From the NCBI GenBank assembly GCA_050010755.1, contig JBEKKK010000001.1, forward strand, positions 544,001 to 608,000: a stretch of DNA of 64,000 bases. The letters are read 5' to 3'. The stretch comes from Candidatus Bathyarchaeia archaeon. GTDB taxonomy: Archaea > Thermoproteota > Bathyarchaeia > Bathyarchaeales > Bathycorpusculaceae. A model generated the notes under the pieces. It was not told the origin of the DNA. It saw only the letters and a list, made by a program, of their open reading frames with translations, and searched no databases. Position 1 is the stretch's first letter. Every line of letters begins with the position of its first letter. Shown here piece after piece: positions 8,280 to 19,146 of this stretch. Made by a program: the position numbers and the translations under genes.

Positions 8280-9614
8280 ATGTCTCTTGAACGTCTTGGT
8301 TCCTCGCTTTACGATGCGATCAGGAAGGTTTTCAGAGCGTCTGTTGTAGATGAGGCTACGGTTAAGGAGCTTGTGCATGATGTTCAGAAGGCTCTGCTTC
8401 AGTCGGATGTTAACGTCAAGCTCGTGCTTGAAATCTCGAAGCGCATTGAAGATAGGGCTCTGAAGGAAAAAGTTCCGCCGGGGATTTCAAGACGTGAGCA
8501 CGTGATAAAAGTCGTGTATGAGGAGCTGACGCGTTTCTTGGGAGAGAAACCGGCTCTGATAAAGATGGAGCCGGGTAAGAGAAAAATAATAATGCTCGTC
8601 GGCATCCAGGGCTCCGGAAAGACGACCGCGGCTGCCAAACTCTCCAGATACTTTCAGAAGAGGGGCATGAAGCCCGCCTTGATTTGTGCTGACACTTTTC
8701 GCCCTGGTGCCTACGCTCAGCTTCAGCAACTCGCTGCCAGAATCAACGTACCCCTGTTTGGAGATCCGAAGGCGAAAGATCCCGTCAAGGTTGTTGCCGA
8801 AGGGTTGAAACAGTTCGGCGACAAGGACTTGATCATCGTCGACACTTCCGGTCGGCACAAAGAGGAGCAGGAACTCATCAAAGAGATGAAGACGCTTGAG
8901 AGAAACATCAAGCCCGACGAGGTCATGCTCGTTATCGATGGAACGATCGGCCAGCAAGCGTTTGTTCAGGCTAAAGCCTTCAACGAGGCCACGCCCATTG
9001 GGTCGATACTCGTCACTAAACTCGACGGGTCGGCGAGGGGGGGCGGCGCTCTCTCCGCGGTGGCGGGCACGGGTGCGCCCATAAAGTTCATCGGCACCGG
9101 AGAAAAAACCGAGGACGTGGAGGCTTTTGTTCCCTCGCGTTTCGTAGGCCGCCTGCTGGGAATGGGCGATCTGGAAACCCTGCTGGACAAGGTGCGTGAG
9201 GCCGAGGTAACAGTTCCGGAAAAGAAGGCCAAGGCTATCATGAGCGGCAAATTCACGCTGACAGACATGTACGAACAGTTCGAAGCAATGAAGGGAATGG
9301 GCACCTTCAAGAAACTTATGAACCTGATCCCCGGAATGTCTTACAAAATTCCCGACGAGATGATGAACACGGCCGAAGGTCGCATGGAGAAGTGGCGGAC
9401 GATGATTCAATCCATGACGGTTAGTGAGAAGGAGAACCCGAAAATCTTCAACTCTTCAAGGATGAAACGCGTAGCCAGGGGTTCCGGCACGAGCGAGAAA
9501 GAAGTGAAGGAGCTTCTCAAACAGTACGTGACGATGCGACGCATGCTGAAGACGATGCGTAGGCAAAAGAAATTTCCCTTCTTCGGAAAAAATCTGCCCA
9601 CAGATCTCAAGTGA
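8280..9614 (+). CDS. srp54: Signal recognition particle protein SRP54
   Basis: GIQGSGKTT, DTSGRH, TKLDGSARGGG; M domain RVARGSG. Confidence 0.98.
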   Translation: MSLERLGSSLYDAIRKVFRASVVDEATVKELVHDVQKALLQSDVNVKLVLEISKRIEDRALKEKVPPGISRREHVIKVVYEELTRFLGEKPALIKMEPGKRKIIMLVGIQGSGKTTAAAKLSRYFQKRGMKPALICADTFRPGAYAQLQQLAARINVPLFGDPKAKDPVKVVAEGLKQFGDKDLIIVDTSGRHKEEQELIKEMKTLERNIKPDEVMLVIDGTIGQQAFVQAKAFNEATPIGSILVTKLDGSARGGGALSAVAGTGAPIKFIGTGEKTEDVEAFVPSRFVGRLLGMGDLETLLDKVREAEVTVPEKKAKAIMSGKFTLTDMYEQFEAMKGMGTFKKLMNLIPGMSYKIPDEMMNTAEGRMEKWRTMIQSMTVSEKENPKIFNSSRMKRVARGSGTSEKEVKELLKQYVTMRRMLKTMRRQKKFPFFGKNLPTDLK

Positions 9615-9643
9615 CAGCGCTAGACTCTCGGAAGGCGTGCTGA

Positions 9644-10978
9644 ATGACCATTTTGCAAGAAGCCCAGAGAATGCTTGGAAAATACCCCCTCTGTGACAGT
9701 TGTCTGGGTCGCCAATTCGCCCTGTTGGGCCACGGCGTTGAGAACGAGGAGAGGGGAAGGGCGATAAAACTGGCTTTGACGCTTGAGGCTCATGCTTCGG
9801 CGCTTTCAGAAAGCAAACAGGGCGTTAAAACCCTCAAAGTCTTGGCGACAAACGGCTTTTCAAAAGTTGCAAGTGAAATACTCAACAGATTGGGAGAGCA
9901 CGTTAAGGGGGAAGATTACCCGGAAACCTGCTTCTTGTGCGAGGGGAAGCTTGATGCTCGCAGTGATTTGGCGAATAAGGCACTTGCGCTTTTCAGCGAG
10001 TTCGAGTACAGCAATTTCCTCGTGGGGGTGGAACTGCCGCTTGCCGTTGGCGAACGTGAAGATGAGTTTAGGGCGGAGTTCGGAGTTAGCCAAGGTGAGA
10101 GTCTTCGAAAAGAGTTCGCGAGGACTGTCGGGAAGAGAGTTGCAGAGCGAAGCGGGAAAGAGGTGGACTTCAAAAAGCCGGATATAGTCGCGGTCATCAA
10201 GCCCTTCTCTGGTCTTGTGAGACTTCAGGTCAATCCTCTCTTCATAGCAGGAAGGTACAGAAAACTCGTCCGGAGCATTCCACAATCGAAGTGGTTCTGT
10301 TCCGAGTGCTGGGGGAAAGGATGCAAGAAGTGTAACTATACTGGGAAAATGTACCCAGAGTCGGTGCAGGAAATAGTTGAGAAGCCACTCTTGGAAGCAA
10401 CGGGCGGCTCGGACGGTTCGTTTCACGCCTCAGGAAGAGAGGACATCGACGCTCGTATGCTGGGTAATGGCAGGCCTTTCGTGATTGAAATCGCGGCTCC
10501 GAAGAAGCGTTTCCTGGACCTTGGAAAGATAGAAGAAGCGGTGAACGCGAATGGTGCAAACAAGGTCGAAGTTTCCGGTCTGAGGTTTGCGAACAGGGAT
10601 GTCGTCAGGAAGCTGAAGGCTGGTGAGTCTAAGCAGAAAGAGTATCGTGTGTTCATCGAATTTGAAAATAAAATCACGGCCAAGGACATGCGCTTCTTGG
10701 AGGAGAACCTTACAAACATTATGATTAAACAGAATACTCCTGTTCGTGTTTTGCACAGACGCGCCGATCTGACGCGGGAAAAGTACATATACGACGTGGG
10801 CGTTAAGAAACTGTCGCCAAAAAAGGCCGAAATGAGATTACGATGCCAAGGAGGGCTTTACGTTAAAGAGCTGGTTACTGGAGATGAGGGACGAACGGTT
10901 CCCAGTGTTTCAGAACTTCTCAAGAACAAAGCGAAGCCCATGGACCTTGATGTTTTAAACATAATTATGGAAGACTAG
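9644..10978 (+). CDS. pus10: tRNA pseudouridine(54/55) synthase Pus10
   Basis: CxxC zinc site, THUMP-like region, GREDIDARMLG, QGGLYVKEL. Confidence 0.95.
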   Translation: MTILQEAQRMLGKYPLCDSCLGRQFALLGHGVENEERGRAIKLALTLEAHASALSESKQGVKTLKVLATNGFSKVASEILNRLGEHVKGEDYPETCFLCEGKLDARSDLANKALALFSEFEYSNFLVGVELPLAVGEREDEFRAEFGVSQGESLRKEFARTVGKRVAERSGKEVDFKKPDIVAVIKPFSGLVRLQVNPLFIAGRYRKLVRSIPQSKWFCSECWGKGCKKCNYTGKMYPESVQEIVEKPLLEATGGSDGSFHASGREDIDARMLGNGRPFVIEIAAPKKRFLDLGKIEEAVNANGANKVEVSGLRFANRDVVRKLKAGESKQKEYRVFIEFENKITAKDMRFLEENLTNIMIKQNTPVRVLHRRADLTREKYIYDVGVKKLSPKKAEMRLRCQGGLYVKELVTGDEGRTVPSVSELLKNKAKPMDLDVLNIIMED

Positions 10979-10991
10979 GAGAAGTGTAAGA

Positions 10992-11288
10992 ATGAGAAAG
11001 TCGAAGGGTTATCGTTCAAGTGCACGCCGCCTCTTGACAAAGGGAACCAGAGAGCATGGGAAACTGAGGCTGAGCAAGCTGCTTCAACAGTATCAGCCTG
11101 GAGCAAATGTTGTCGTCAAGATAGATTCCAGCGTTCACAAAGGCATGCCCCATAGGCGTTACCACGGCAAGGTTGGCATTGTTCTCAACAAGCGGGGACG
11201 CAGTTATGTGGTAAGTGTTACCCAAGGAGATGCCATCAGAGAGATCATCGTCAGACCTGAACATTTGGAACCTTGGAAGAGTGATTAG
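10992..11288 (+). CDS. rpl21e: 50S ribosomal protein L21e
   Basis: SKGYRS, HKGMPHRRYHGK, VRPEHL. Confidence 0.97.
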   Translation: MRKSKGYRSSARRLLTKGTREHGKLRLSKLLQQYQPGANVVVKIDSSVHKGMPHRRYHGKVGIVLNKRGRSYVVSVTQGDAIREIIVRPEHLEPWKSD

Positions 11289-11289
11289 A

Positions 11290-11628
11290 ATGTCAGAGAA
11301 GAGCACGACCGAAAAGAAGCTGAGTCTCCCCCAGGTTAAGAGTCTGATGGATTCTATAGGTGAAGCAAACCTTGATCAGCTACAGCGCCGCACGTTCGAT
11401 TACGTGTCGAAGTTTTCAAAGACCGACCCAGAGTCTGCAGAAAAAATGATTGGAAAACTAGTTGCAGATTACGGACTGGACGAGGTAGAGGCAGTGCAGG
11501 TAATCAACTGCATGCCGAAAAGCGTCGAAGAGTTAAGAGTGTTCCTGGCCGGCGGGCGAAAGATCATCGAAACGGCTAAACTGGAATCAATAGTAAACAT
11601 GCTGGATGAAAATAGAAAATTGAAATAG
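11290..11628 (+). CDS. rpoF: RNA polymerase subunit Rpo4 (RpoF)
   Basis: DYVSKFSK, QVINCMPKSVEELR; conserved position after rpl21e; ATG at 11290. Confidence 0.92.
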   Translation: MSEKSTTEKKLSLPQVKSLMDSIGEANLDQLQRRTFDYVSKFSKTDPESAEKMIGKLVADYGLDEVEAVQVINCMPKSVEELRVFLAGGRKIIETAKLESIVNMLDENRKLK

Positions 11629-11679
11629 GCAGGGCGATGCCAACTATTTTAAGCAATAAGAGACTAAATAGAGGAAATT

Positions 11680-12255
11680 ATGACGATGATGGAGAAGCGG
11701 TACGAAGAGTACGCTCGTATCCTGGACTTTCTGCAGCACGGCCGACCAGGAGTTCACGTCTCAGGACGAGCCGGCTACCGAGCGGGAGCTCTCGTTCAGC
11801 TGCTGGGTGAAGAATTCTTCACTCTCCTGGAGGCATTGGTCAAAGAAGGCGTGATACTCAAGCCTCATGATCGTGTTTTCGTCGGCAAAGAGGCCCGCGA
11901 AGAAATAACGTACATCATCGGCCGAATAAGTTACGAAGAGTTGACGGCAGCGGCCAAGACGGAGCTTCCAACGGTTATCAACGAGGTCGTGCTGAACCGT
12001 GAAAAGTGGTTCGTCCAATTCTTCAACACCGCACGGGCTATCACGCCTAGGATGCACGCTCTGGAGCTGATTCCGGGAATTGGAAAAAAATACATGTGGC
12101 AGGTAATCAATGAGCGCGAGAAGAAACCCTTCGTGAGTTTTGAAGACTTACAGAAACGCACGGAACTGCCTAATCCGGTCAAACTGATTACGAAGAGAGT
12201 CATGGAAGAGCTGGGCGGCGACAGCAAGTATCGGTTATTCACGAGGGCACAATAG
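11680..12255 (+). CDS. DUF655 putative RNA-binding protein
   Basis: GEEFFTLLE, ITPRMHALELIPGIGKK (HhH); conserved synteny. Confidence 0.9.
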   Translation: MTMMEKRYEEYARILDFLQHGRPGVHVSGRAGYRAGALVQLLGEEFFTLLEALVKEGVILKPHDRVFVGKEAREEITYIIGRISYEELTAAAKTELPTVINEVVLNREKWFVQFFNTARAITPRMHALELIPGIGKKYMWQVINEREKKPFVSFEDLQKRTELPNPVKLITKRVMEELGGDSKYRLFTRAQ

Positions 12256-12280
12256 CCAATCCAAAGTTCAAGCGGGTAGA

Positions 12281-13099
12281 ATGAGCCTCCTAGAAGAAAC
12301 GAAGTCTCAGCTTCGAAGCCATCGAATCGGGCCGAACAAGAGTCTGGGCCAAAACTTCATGGTTGAATCGCAAGTTTTTCAAAAAATGGCTCATTATGCG
12401 CAAGTTGGTTGTGAAGACACGGTGCTGGAGATAGGCGCCGGGCTCGGTTTCTTGACCCGTTTCCTGAGCGAAAAATGCAAGATGGTTCTTGCAGTTGAAT
12501 TCGACCCGAGGCTTGTCAGCATTTTGCGTGAACAACTTAGCAGCGCAACCAACGTGAACATAATCGAAGGCAACGTCCTGAAGGTCAACGTTCCAGCATT
12601 CAACAAAATCGTTTCAATCCCTCCGTATCAAATCTCGTCCCGTCTGCTCACTTGGCTATTCAAAAAGGACTTCGACCGCGCAGTCTTGATTTTTCAAAAG
12701 GAATTTGCGGATCGTCTCACGGCAACCGTTGGAAGCGAAGACTACGGATGGCTGACGGTTTTCACGCATTACAATGCAAAGGTTGAACTCCTAGACGAGA
12801 TTCCAAAATCCATGTTCTACCCACGTCCGAAAATAGACTCAAGGATAATGTGCCTGAAGCCGAAGAAGCCAAAGGTCGCCCTGACAGGCGATGCATCCTT
12901 TCAACGCCTTCTCCAAGTTCTTTTCACGCGCCGCAATAGAACAATTAGAAATGCGGCTGTGACATACCTGAAACACAAACGCGGTATAACAAAACAGGAC
13001 GTAGCCAAAATTGCTGATTCACTACCTCTAGGAGACAAGCGCGTGCGAGAACTTGCGCCAGAAGATTTCGGAGCAATTGCCAATGCGATTCTCAAGTAG
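12281..13099 (+). CDS. rsmA: 16S rRNA dimethyladenosine transferase RsmA/KsgA
   Basis: LGQNF, LEIGAGLG, PPYQISS, FYPRPKIDS. Confidence 0.95.
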   Translation: MSLLEETKSQLRSHRIGPNKSLGQNFMVESQVFQKMAHYAQVGCEDTVLEIGAGLGFLTRFLSEKCKMVLAVEFDPRLVSILREQLSSATNVNIIEGNVLKVNVPAFNKIVSIPPYQISSRLLTWLFKKDFDRAVLIFQKEFADRLTATVGSEDYGWLTVFTHYNAKVELLDEIPKSMFYPRPKIDSRIMCLKPKKPKVALTGDASFQRLLQVLFTRRNRTIRNAAVTYLKHKRGITKQDVAKIADSLPLGDKRVRELAPEDFGAIANAILK

Positions 13100-13697
13100 G
13101 GTGGTCTTCGCTGATCATGTTTTCGACATCTCGGAAAATGTCTATGAACCAGCGGAAGACTCTTTTCTCTTCGCTGAAAACCTCAACGTCAGACGTGGCT
13201 GCAAGGTCCTTGACATGGGAACTGGCTGCGGCATTTTGGCCGTGATCGCGGCGAAAAAGGCAGGCCAGGTTGTGGCGACAGATGTAAATCCCTATGCTGT
13301 CAAATGTGCAAAAAACAACGCGGAGATTAACAGTGTTGGCGACCGCATTTTTCTGGTCCAAGGAGATCTGTTTGCGCCACTTAGAATCATAAAGGAATTC
13401 GATCTTATCGTGTTCAACGCTCCCTACCTTCCCTCGCAAAAGAATGAAAAGGACTCTTGGATAGGGTGGGCTTGGGCTGGCGGCTCTTCTGGAAGAAACG
13501 TGATTGACAGGTTCATCTGTGAGGCTCCAAAACATCTTAGGTCCAACGGAGAAATCTTGTTGATGCAATCAACGCTCTCTGACGTGAAGCAGACCCTTCG
13601 CAACCTCGAGTATAGCGGGCTGGAGGCAAACGTTATTGCAAAGCAGGATCTTCCATTCTTTGAGTCAATAGCCCTCATCAGAGGAGTGACCAGATAG
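13083..13697 (+). CDS. HemK2/MTQ2-like protein methyltransferase
   Basis: VYEPAEDSFL, DMGTGCG, FNAPYLP. Confidence 0.9.
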   Translation: MRFSSRVVFADHVFDISENVYEPAEDSFLFAENLNVRRGCKVLDMGTGCGILAVIAAKKAGQVVATDVNPYAVKCAKNNAEINSVGDRIFLVQGDLFAPLRIIKEFDLIVFNAPYLPSQKNEKDSWIGWAWAGGSSGRNVIDRFICEAPKHLRSNGEILLMQSTLSDVKQTLRNLEYSGLEANVIAKQDLPFFESIALIRGVTR

Positions 13698-13967
13698 TAG
13701 CCTGTGTGCTCCTGAAGCCGTGGCGACGATAGTAACCGTAGCACTCGATGTTGGTATACGCCCCAAGGTCAATCCATCGTTCGACGTTGCCGCCGCTTAA
13801 TCGCTTGACTTGGCGTTTGCATTACTGTTCACGTCGATAACCTTTGATTAACTGAAGACTGCAAAGTGGATAACAACCAAGAGACGCAAAAAACAGGTTA
13901 GAAAGACTTAAATTTGAAACAAGGTGAAAAGACCGTCTATCTCTGAAGATTAAAGGGTTGAAGAGAA

Positions 13968-14546
13968 ATGAGCGAAAAACTGGCAAATCCTGCATCGCTT
14001 GGACTGATCGCTTTCGGACTGACAACAGTTCTGCTGAATATTAGTAACGCTGGTTACTTCGGCATAAACAGTATGATCGTGGCAATTGGTTTGGCATACG
14101 GTGGGCTCGCACAGATCATAGTGGGCGCAATGGAGTTCAAGAGAGGCAACACGTTTGGCTTGGTCGCATTCTCATCCTATGGTTTCTTCTGGTGGTCTTT
14201 CGTCGGTTTGTTAGTGTTGCCCCATCTGACAGGGATTGGTTCCGCTCTCATTGAACCTCAATCAGTCGCAGCGTATCTGTTCATGTGGGGAGTGTTCACC
14301 TTCCTCATGTTCTTTGGAACTCTGAAAACAAACCGGGTGTTACAATTTGTGTTCATGAGCTTGGCGATACTCTTCTTCCTCTTGACCGCATATTGGCAGA
14401 GCGGGGCTACGAATGCAGACTTCATCAAGATAACGGGCTATGAAGGAATAATCTGCGGGATGAGTGCGGCTTATCTCGGCTTGGCTGAAGTGATAAACGA
14501 AGCTAACGGGAAAACCATCCTCCCAATATGGCCAATCACAAAATAG
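13968..14546 (+). CDS. satP: Acetate uptake transporter (GPR1/FUN34/YaaH, SatP family)
   Basis: [26 protein letters not shown]. Confidence 0.92.
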   Translation: MSEKLANPASLGLIAFGLTTVLLNISNAGYFGINSMIVAIGLAYGGLAQIIVGAMEFKRGNTFGLVAFSSYGFFWWSFVGLLVLPHLTGIGSALIEPQSVAAYLFMWGVFTFLMFFGTLKTNRVLQFVFMSLAILFFLLTAYWQSGATNADFIKITGYEGIICGMSAAYLGLAEVINEANGKTILPIWPITK

Positions 14547-14633
14547 AAGCCCTCACTCCTTTTTTGTTTTCCACCTAAAAACGTTTATATTTTTGAAAGG
14601 ACGTTTGTCCACAAACTTACGGATGGATAGAAA

Positions 14634-16589
14634 ATGTCAGAATCAAGTTTACCTTTCAATGACAGAGTGGTTCCAGCAAACGTGATTCCATCGAACAGGT
14701 TGAAAGAAGAATGGGAGAAATCGATAAAGAACCCGCAGGAGTTTTGGGCTGAAAAGGCAAAGGCAATAGATTGGTTCAAGACTTGGGACAAGGTTCTTGA
14801 CGATTCCAACAGACCCTTCTACAAGTGGTTTTCGGGCGGCCTTCTGAACATATGTTATAACGCGCTTGACAGGCACCTGAACACGCCCAAAAAGAACATG
14901 CTGGCCTATATTTGGGAAGGAGAAAACGGAGAAGTCCGAACCTACACGTTCTATCAACTTTACCGCGAGGTAAACAAACTCGCAAAAATCATGAAAGACC
15001 TGGGGCTCAATAAGGGTGACAGAGTTGCCGTTTATCTTCCCATGATTCCGGAGCTTCCAATCACCCTGCTTGCGTGTTCACGAATAGGCGCAGTTCACAC
15101 GGTGGTCTTCTCCGGCTTCAGCGCAGAGGCTCTCGCGGACAGGATAAACGATTCTGGAGCGAAGTTGGTCGTGACCGCCGACGGTGCCTACCGACGTGGA
15201 AAAACTGTGATGCTGAAAGACACTGCTGACCGCGCTTTGCAGAGCACACCGAACGTTGAGAAAGTAATAATAGTCAAGAGAACTGGGCAGGAAGTTTCGA
15301 TGAAAGAAGGGCGCGACGTCTGGTATTCTGAAGCGATGGACAAAGTGGAACCAAATATCTACGTTGCCCCTGAACAAATGGAATCGACGGAACCCCTTTT
15401 CATACTCTACACTTCTGGAACAACAGGCAAACCAAAGGGAATCCAGCACGGTACGGGCGGCTACCTAGTCTGGGCTTACTGGACGCTCAAGTGGGGTTTC
15501 AACCCGGACGAAAGGGACATATGGTGGTGCACCGCCGACGTAGGCTGGATCACTGGTCACACCTACAACGTTTATGCTCCCTTAGCTTTGGGAGTGACAT
15601 CATTGATTTTTGAGGGCACGCCCGATTATCCTGCTCAGGATCGCTGGTGGAGTATGATCGAAAGACATGGAGTGACAATACTATACACCACGCCGACGGC
15701 GATCAGAATGTTCATGAAGTTCGGCGAACAATGGATAACAAAACATGATCTGAGCTCGCTCAGGCTCTTAGGAACAGTCGGTGAACCCATAAACCCTGAG
15801 GCTTGGCGATGGTACTACCGCGTCATGGGCAAGGAGAAACTTCCAATCATAGACACCTGGTGGCAGACTGAAACTGGAGGTTTCATGATAGCTCCATTGT
15901 CAGGTCTGGAACTCGTGCCGCTGAAACCAGGATCAGCGACGAAACCCCTGCCGAGCATTGACGCAGAAGTCTACGATGAAAAAGGAAATCCCACGCCGAC
16001 GGGAACCAAGGGTTTCCTAGTTGTTAAAACTCCGTGGCCTGGGATGCTGGAAACAATATGGAAAGACCCTGACAGGTATCAGCAAACATACTTCGGAAGA
16101 TGGCCAAACATCTACTACACCGGAGACTATGCAGTAAAGGATCCTGACGGCTACTTCTGGCTACTCGGAAGAGCAGACGAAGTGTTGAAAGTGGCCGGAC
16201 ACAGAATAGGCACGGTGGAGCTTGAAAGCGCGCTAGTATCGCACCCAGCCGTTTCAGAAGCGGCGGTCATGGGTAAAGAAGATGCACTCAAAGGCGAGGT
16301 TCCTGTCGCCTTCGTCACCCTGAGAAGCGGGTTCTCACCCTCGGATGAGCTGCGCGCAGATCTCGTGAAACACATAAGAAACACAATAGGCCCAATCGCA
16401 ACGCCAGACGCAATCGTAATCGTAAGCAGACTTCCCAAAACACGCAGCGGAAAAATAATGAGAAGACTCTTGAAAGCAGTGCTAGCCGGCCAAGCCCTAG
16501 GCGACGTCTCAACACTAGAAGACGAGGCTTCAATCGACGAGATCAAAGCAACCTACGACGAAATGCAAAAACAGCTCGAAAAGAAGTAG
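14634..16589 (+). CDS. acs: AMP-forming acetyl-CoA synthetase
   Basis: YTSGTTGKPKG, ADVGWITGH, DTWWQTETG, PKTRSGKIMRR. Confidence 0.96.
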   Translation: MSESSLPFNDRVVPANVIPSNRLKEEWEKSIKNPQEFWAEKAKAIDWFKTWDKVLDDSNRPFYKWFSGGLLNICYNALDRHLNTPKKNMLAYIWEGENGEVRTYTFYQLYREVNKLAKIMKDLGLNKGDRVAVYLPMIPELPITLLACSRIGAVHTVVFSGFSAEALADRINDSGAKLVVTADGAYRRGKTVMLKDTADRALQSTPNVEKVIIVKRTGQEVSMKEGRDVWYSEAMDKVEPNIYVAPEQMESTEPLFILYTSGTTGKPKGIQHGTGGYLVWAYWTLKWGFNPDERDIWWCTADVGWITGHTYNVYAPLALGVTSLIFEGTPDYPAQDRWWSMIERHGVTILYTTPTAIRMFMKFGEQWITKHDLSSLRLLGTVGEPINPEAWRWYYRVMGKEKLPIIDTWWQTETGGFMIAPLSGLELVPLKPGSATKPLPSIDAEVYDEKGNPTPTGTKGFLVVKTPWPGMLETIWKDPDRYQQTYFGRWPNIYYTGDYAVKDPDGYFWLLGRADEVLKVAGHRIGTVELESALVSHPAVSEAAVMGKEDALKGEVPVAFVTLRSGFSPSDELRADLVKHIRNTIGPIATPDAIVIVSRLPKTRSGKIMRRLLKAVLAGQALGDVSTLEDEASIDEIKATYDEMQKQLEKK

Positions 16590-16684
16590 AATCAACCCCA
16601 CTTCTTCTTCATTCGGCGCGATGCCCGTGCAGCTTTTCAAAATAGGGGCGAAGTCAGTCCGTCGATCGCACTTATTGTAAGGCC

Positions 16685-17977
16685 CTAGGGGTAGAATCTT
16701 CTGGTTGTCCTTGGGAAGGGTATGGCGTCTATGATATTGTCCAGGTCAAGCATCCATGTTAACAGTCTCTCAAGTCCCATTCCGAACCCGACGTGCGGGA
16801 CGGTTCCATATCGCCGCAAATCGATGTACCAGTCATAGTCTTCTTCTTTCAACCCGAGTTCGTTCAGTCTCGCAACGAGCCTTTCTTTATCGTCTTCTCT
16901 CGCGCCGCCCGTGGAGATTTCGCCTATTCTTGGAACGAGCATGTCGGTTGACATGGCCAGGTCCGGTTTGTCCCTGTGAATCTTGCAGTAGAAGGCCTTG
17001 ATCTGTTTGGGATAATCGTATATGAAGAAGGGTTTGCCGAAGTCGTCCGCGAGGGCTTTCTCTTCTTCGTACCCGAGATCGTCCCCCCATTTTGTCGCGA
17101 AATTCTTTGTGTTCAACCTGTCGATTGCTTCCGTATAGGTTATCTTCGGGAACGGTGTTTTTACCGAGGCGAGTTTTGAAAGGTCCGCGCCTAATTCTTG
17201 AAACTCTGGTTTGCAGGTCTCAACGGCTCGCTGGCAGATGTGGGCCACGAGCTCCTCTTCGAGCCGTGTCAAGTCGTTCATGTCTGCGAACGCCTGTTCG
17301 GCTTCGATGTGCCAATACTCGGTCAGGTGTCTGATGGTTCGGCTCTTCTCCGCCCTGAAGGAAGGAGCTATGCAGTACACTTTTTCCAGAGAATAGATCA
17401 AGATTTCAAGGTAGAGCTGGGCGCTTTGGGTCATGTACATGTTCTGGTCGAAATACTTCAAGCTGAACAGCGTTGAGCCTCCCTCGCAAGCACTCGTTAT
17501 GAACATTGGCGGAGAGACTTCCGTGAAATTCTGACTCTCAAAGAATTCACGAGTGAACCTTTGCACTCGACTCCGAACTTTCATCACCAGGTTCATCTTG
17601 CGGCTTCGAAGCCACAGATGGCGCACGTCACGCAGAAACTCTTCGCTCTTGTCCTTCGTTATAGGAAAGAGATCGGCCAAGCCTATTATCGACATTTTCT
17701 CCGTAACGATCTCATACCCGCCTGGAGCACGCGTATCCTTCCTCACGGTTCCATCTAGCGTCAGAGAAGATTCAATCGTGATTTTCTCCGCATCTGCCCA
17801 AGCTGGGCTTTCCTTCTTCACTGGGCATTGGACAATTCCAGTCGAGTCTCGTATGAGCAGAAATATATTCTGTTTCCCCTCCCTCTTTCGGTAGATCCAA
17901 CCTCGTATCGAGACTTTCTGGTCCTCAAATCCTCCAGCCAGAACCTGTTGAATCGGAACGAAGCTCATACGTGCCAA
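16685..17977 (-). CDS. asnS: Asparagine--tRNA ligase
   Basis: OB-fold N-terminus, CEGGSTLF, FRAEKSRTIRHLTEYWHIEAE, PHVGFGMGLER. Confidence 0.9.
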   Translation of the reverse strand: MARMSFVPIQQVLAGGFEDQKVSIRGWIYRKREGKQNIFLLIRDSTGIVQCPVKKESPAWADAEKITIESSLTLDGTVRKDTRAPGGYEIVTEKMSIIGLADLFPITKDKSEEFLRDVRHLWLRSRKMNLVMKVRSRVQRFTREFFESQNFTEVSPPMFITSACEGGSTLFSLKYFDQNMYMTQSAQLYLEILIYSLEKVYCIAPSFRAEKSRTIRHLTEYWHIEAEQAFADMNDLTRLEEELVAHICQRAVETCKPEFQELGADLSKLASVKTPFPKITYTEAIDRLNTKNFATKWGDDLGYEEEKALADDFGKPFFIYDYPKQIKAFYCKIHRDKPDLAMSTDMLVPRIGEISTGGAREDDKERLVARLNELGLKEEDYDWYIDLRRYGTVPHVGFGMGLERLLTWMLDLDNIIDAIPFPRTTRRFYP

Positions 17978-18103
17978 CCTTCTCTTCCAATACTGCTTGC
18001 AGACCTAAAAATCTATCCTGAACTTCAAACTCCTTTAGCACGCGCAGATTCTTGATATGGCTCTTTAAGGTAATAGCACGGGTAGACTAAATTTGGAGTT
18101 GAT

Positions 18104-19039
18104 GTGATGGCGCTTGTGGGTTCAGAGCGTGGTCTCAAAGGAATCCCGAATGAAACCATGAGACTGCTTTTTGAGAGGTCGAGTTGCCGAAGTTTCTTGG
18201 ATAAGAAGATTCCAGAAAATGTTCTGAGTCTTGTTCTTGAGGCGGGGACTCACGCTCCGACAGCGGGAAACCTGCAGCCCTATTCCATCATAAGAATAGA
18301 GAACGAAGAAATGAAGCAGAAACTGGCTGAAATGTGTGAACAGAGTTCCATAGGCAAGTCTCCAGTGCTCCTGCTGTTCTGCCTCGACTTGCACCGCAAC
18401 GAGAGATGGGCAAAACTGGAGACTGCTCCCTACACTGCAACCAGTTCCTTCCGCCACTTCTGGGTGTCATTCCAAGACACTATCATATGCGCGCAGAACA
18501 TCTGCACGGCTGCAGACTCGATGGGGCTGGGCTCGGTATACATCGGCACGGTAATCGACAAACCTTCTGAAATTCAGGCGATGTTCAAGCTGCCGAAAGG
18601 AGTGTTTCCAGTCGTCCTCGTCTGCATGGGATACCCAACGAAGAGAATGAAACCGCGAAACAAACTAGGAGCCAAAGTTGTCGTCCATCCGGAATGCTAC
18701 CGGGAAATAAAAGACCAGGAAATCATAGAAGCCTACGACCAGAAGTACAGCGACGAGAAGCATCAAAGTGCGAAACTCGGCATTTCCGAAGAAAGATTGA
18801 AGACAATAATGAAAGTGTGCCGCACAGTCAACGGAGAAAAGTTCGCTAAGAAATGCGCCGACCGAATCAAGGCCAATGGATACATAAACATAGCACAACA
18901 CTATTTCGGACTCCATTACCGCGCTGATGAAATGCCCAAAGGAAATGATGACTACCTCAGACTGATGGAAAAATCCGGCTTCAAATGGTTCAAGAAATAC
19001 CAAGCTCCATTCTCAGTTAAAAGAACACAAAGAGAATGA
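18104..19039 (+). CDS. Nitroreductase family flavoprotein (NfsA-like)
   Basis: RSSCRSF, APTAGNLQPY, AADSMGLGSVYIG. Confidence 0.9.
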   Translation: MMALVGSERGLKGIPNETMRLLFERSSCRSFLDKKIPENVLSLVLEAGTHAPTAGNLQPYSIIRIENEEMKQKLAEMCEQSSIGKSPVLLLFCLDLHRNERWAKLETAPYTATSSFRHFWVSFQDTIICAQNICTAADSMGLGSVYIGTVIDKPSEIQAMFKLPKGVFPVVLVCMGYPTKRMKPRNKLGAKVVVHPECYREIKDQEIIEAYDQKYSDEKHQSAKLGISEERLKTIMKVCRTVNGEKFAKKCADRIKANGYINIAQHYFGLHYRADEMPKGNDDYLRLMEKSGFKWFKKYQAPFSVKRTQRE

Positions 19040-19146
19040 AACAACCGTCGGTTCCGTCCGATTGCAGTCTCAACCATTGCAAGAAAGAAGAGGCATTGGA
19101 CCGGTTGAGATATCCAAGGAGTTGTAGATAGCTCTGTTTGTCTTTG

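Noticed and set aside
8487-9410. Long antisense ORFs (e.g. 307 aa opposite srp54; also opposite argF) and a 235-aa alternate-frame ORF within the MFS gene
   Set aside because: Shadow frames of well-supported genes, with no recognisable motifs
13680-13822. Minus-strand frame reading ...AYTNIECYGYYRRHGF, faintly like a GNAT C-terminus, plus a possible stem-loop
   Set aside because: Short, no start codon and weak similarity; cannot support a pseudogene or RNA call
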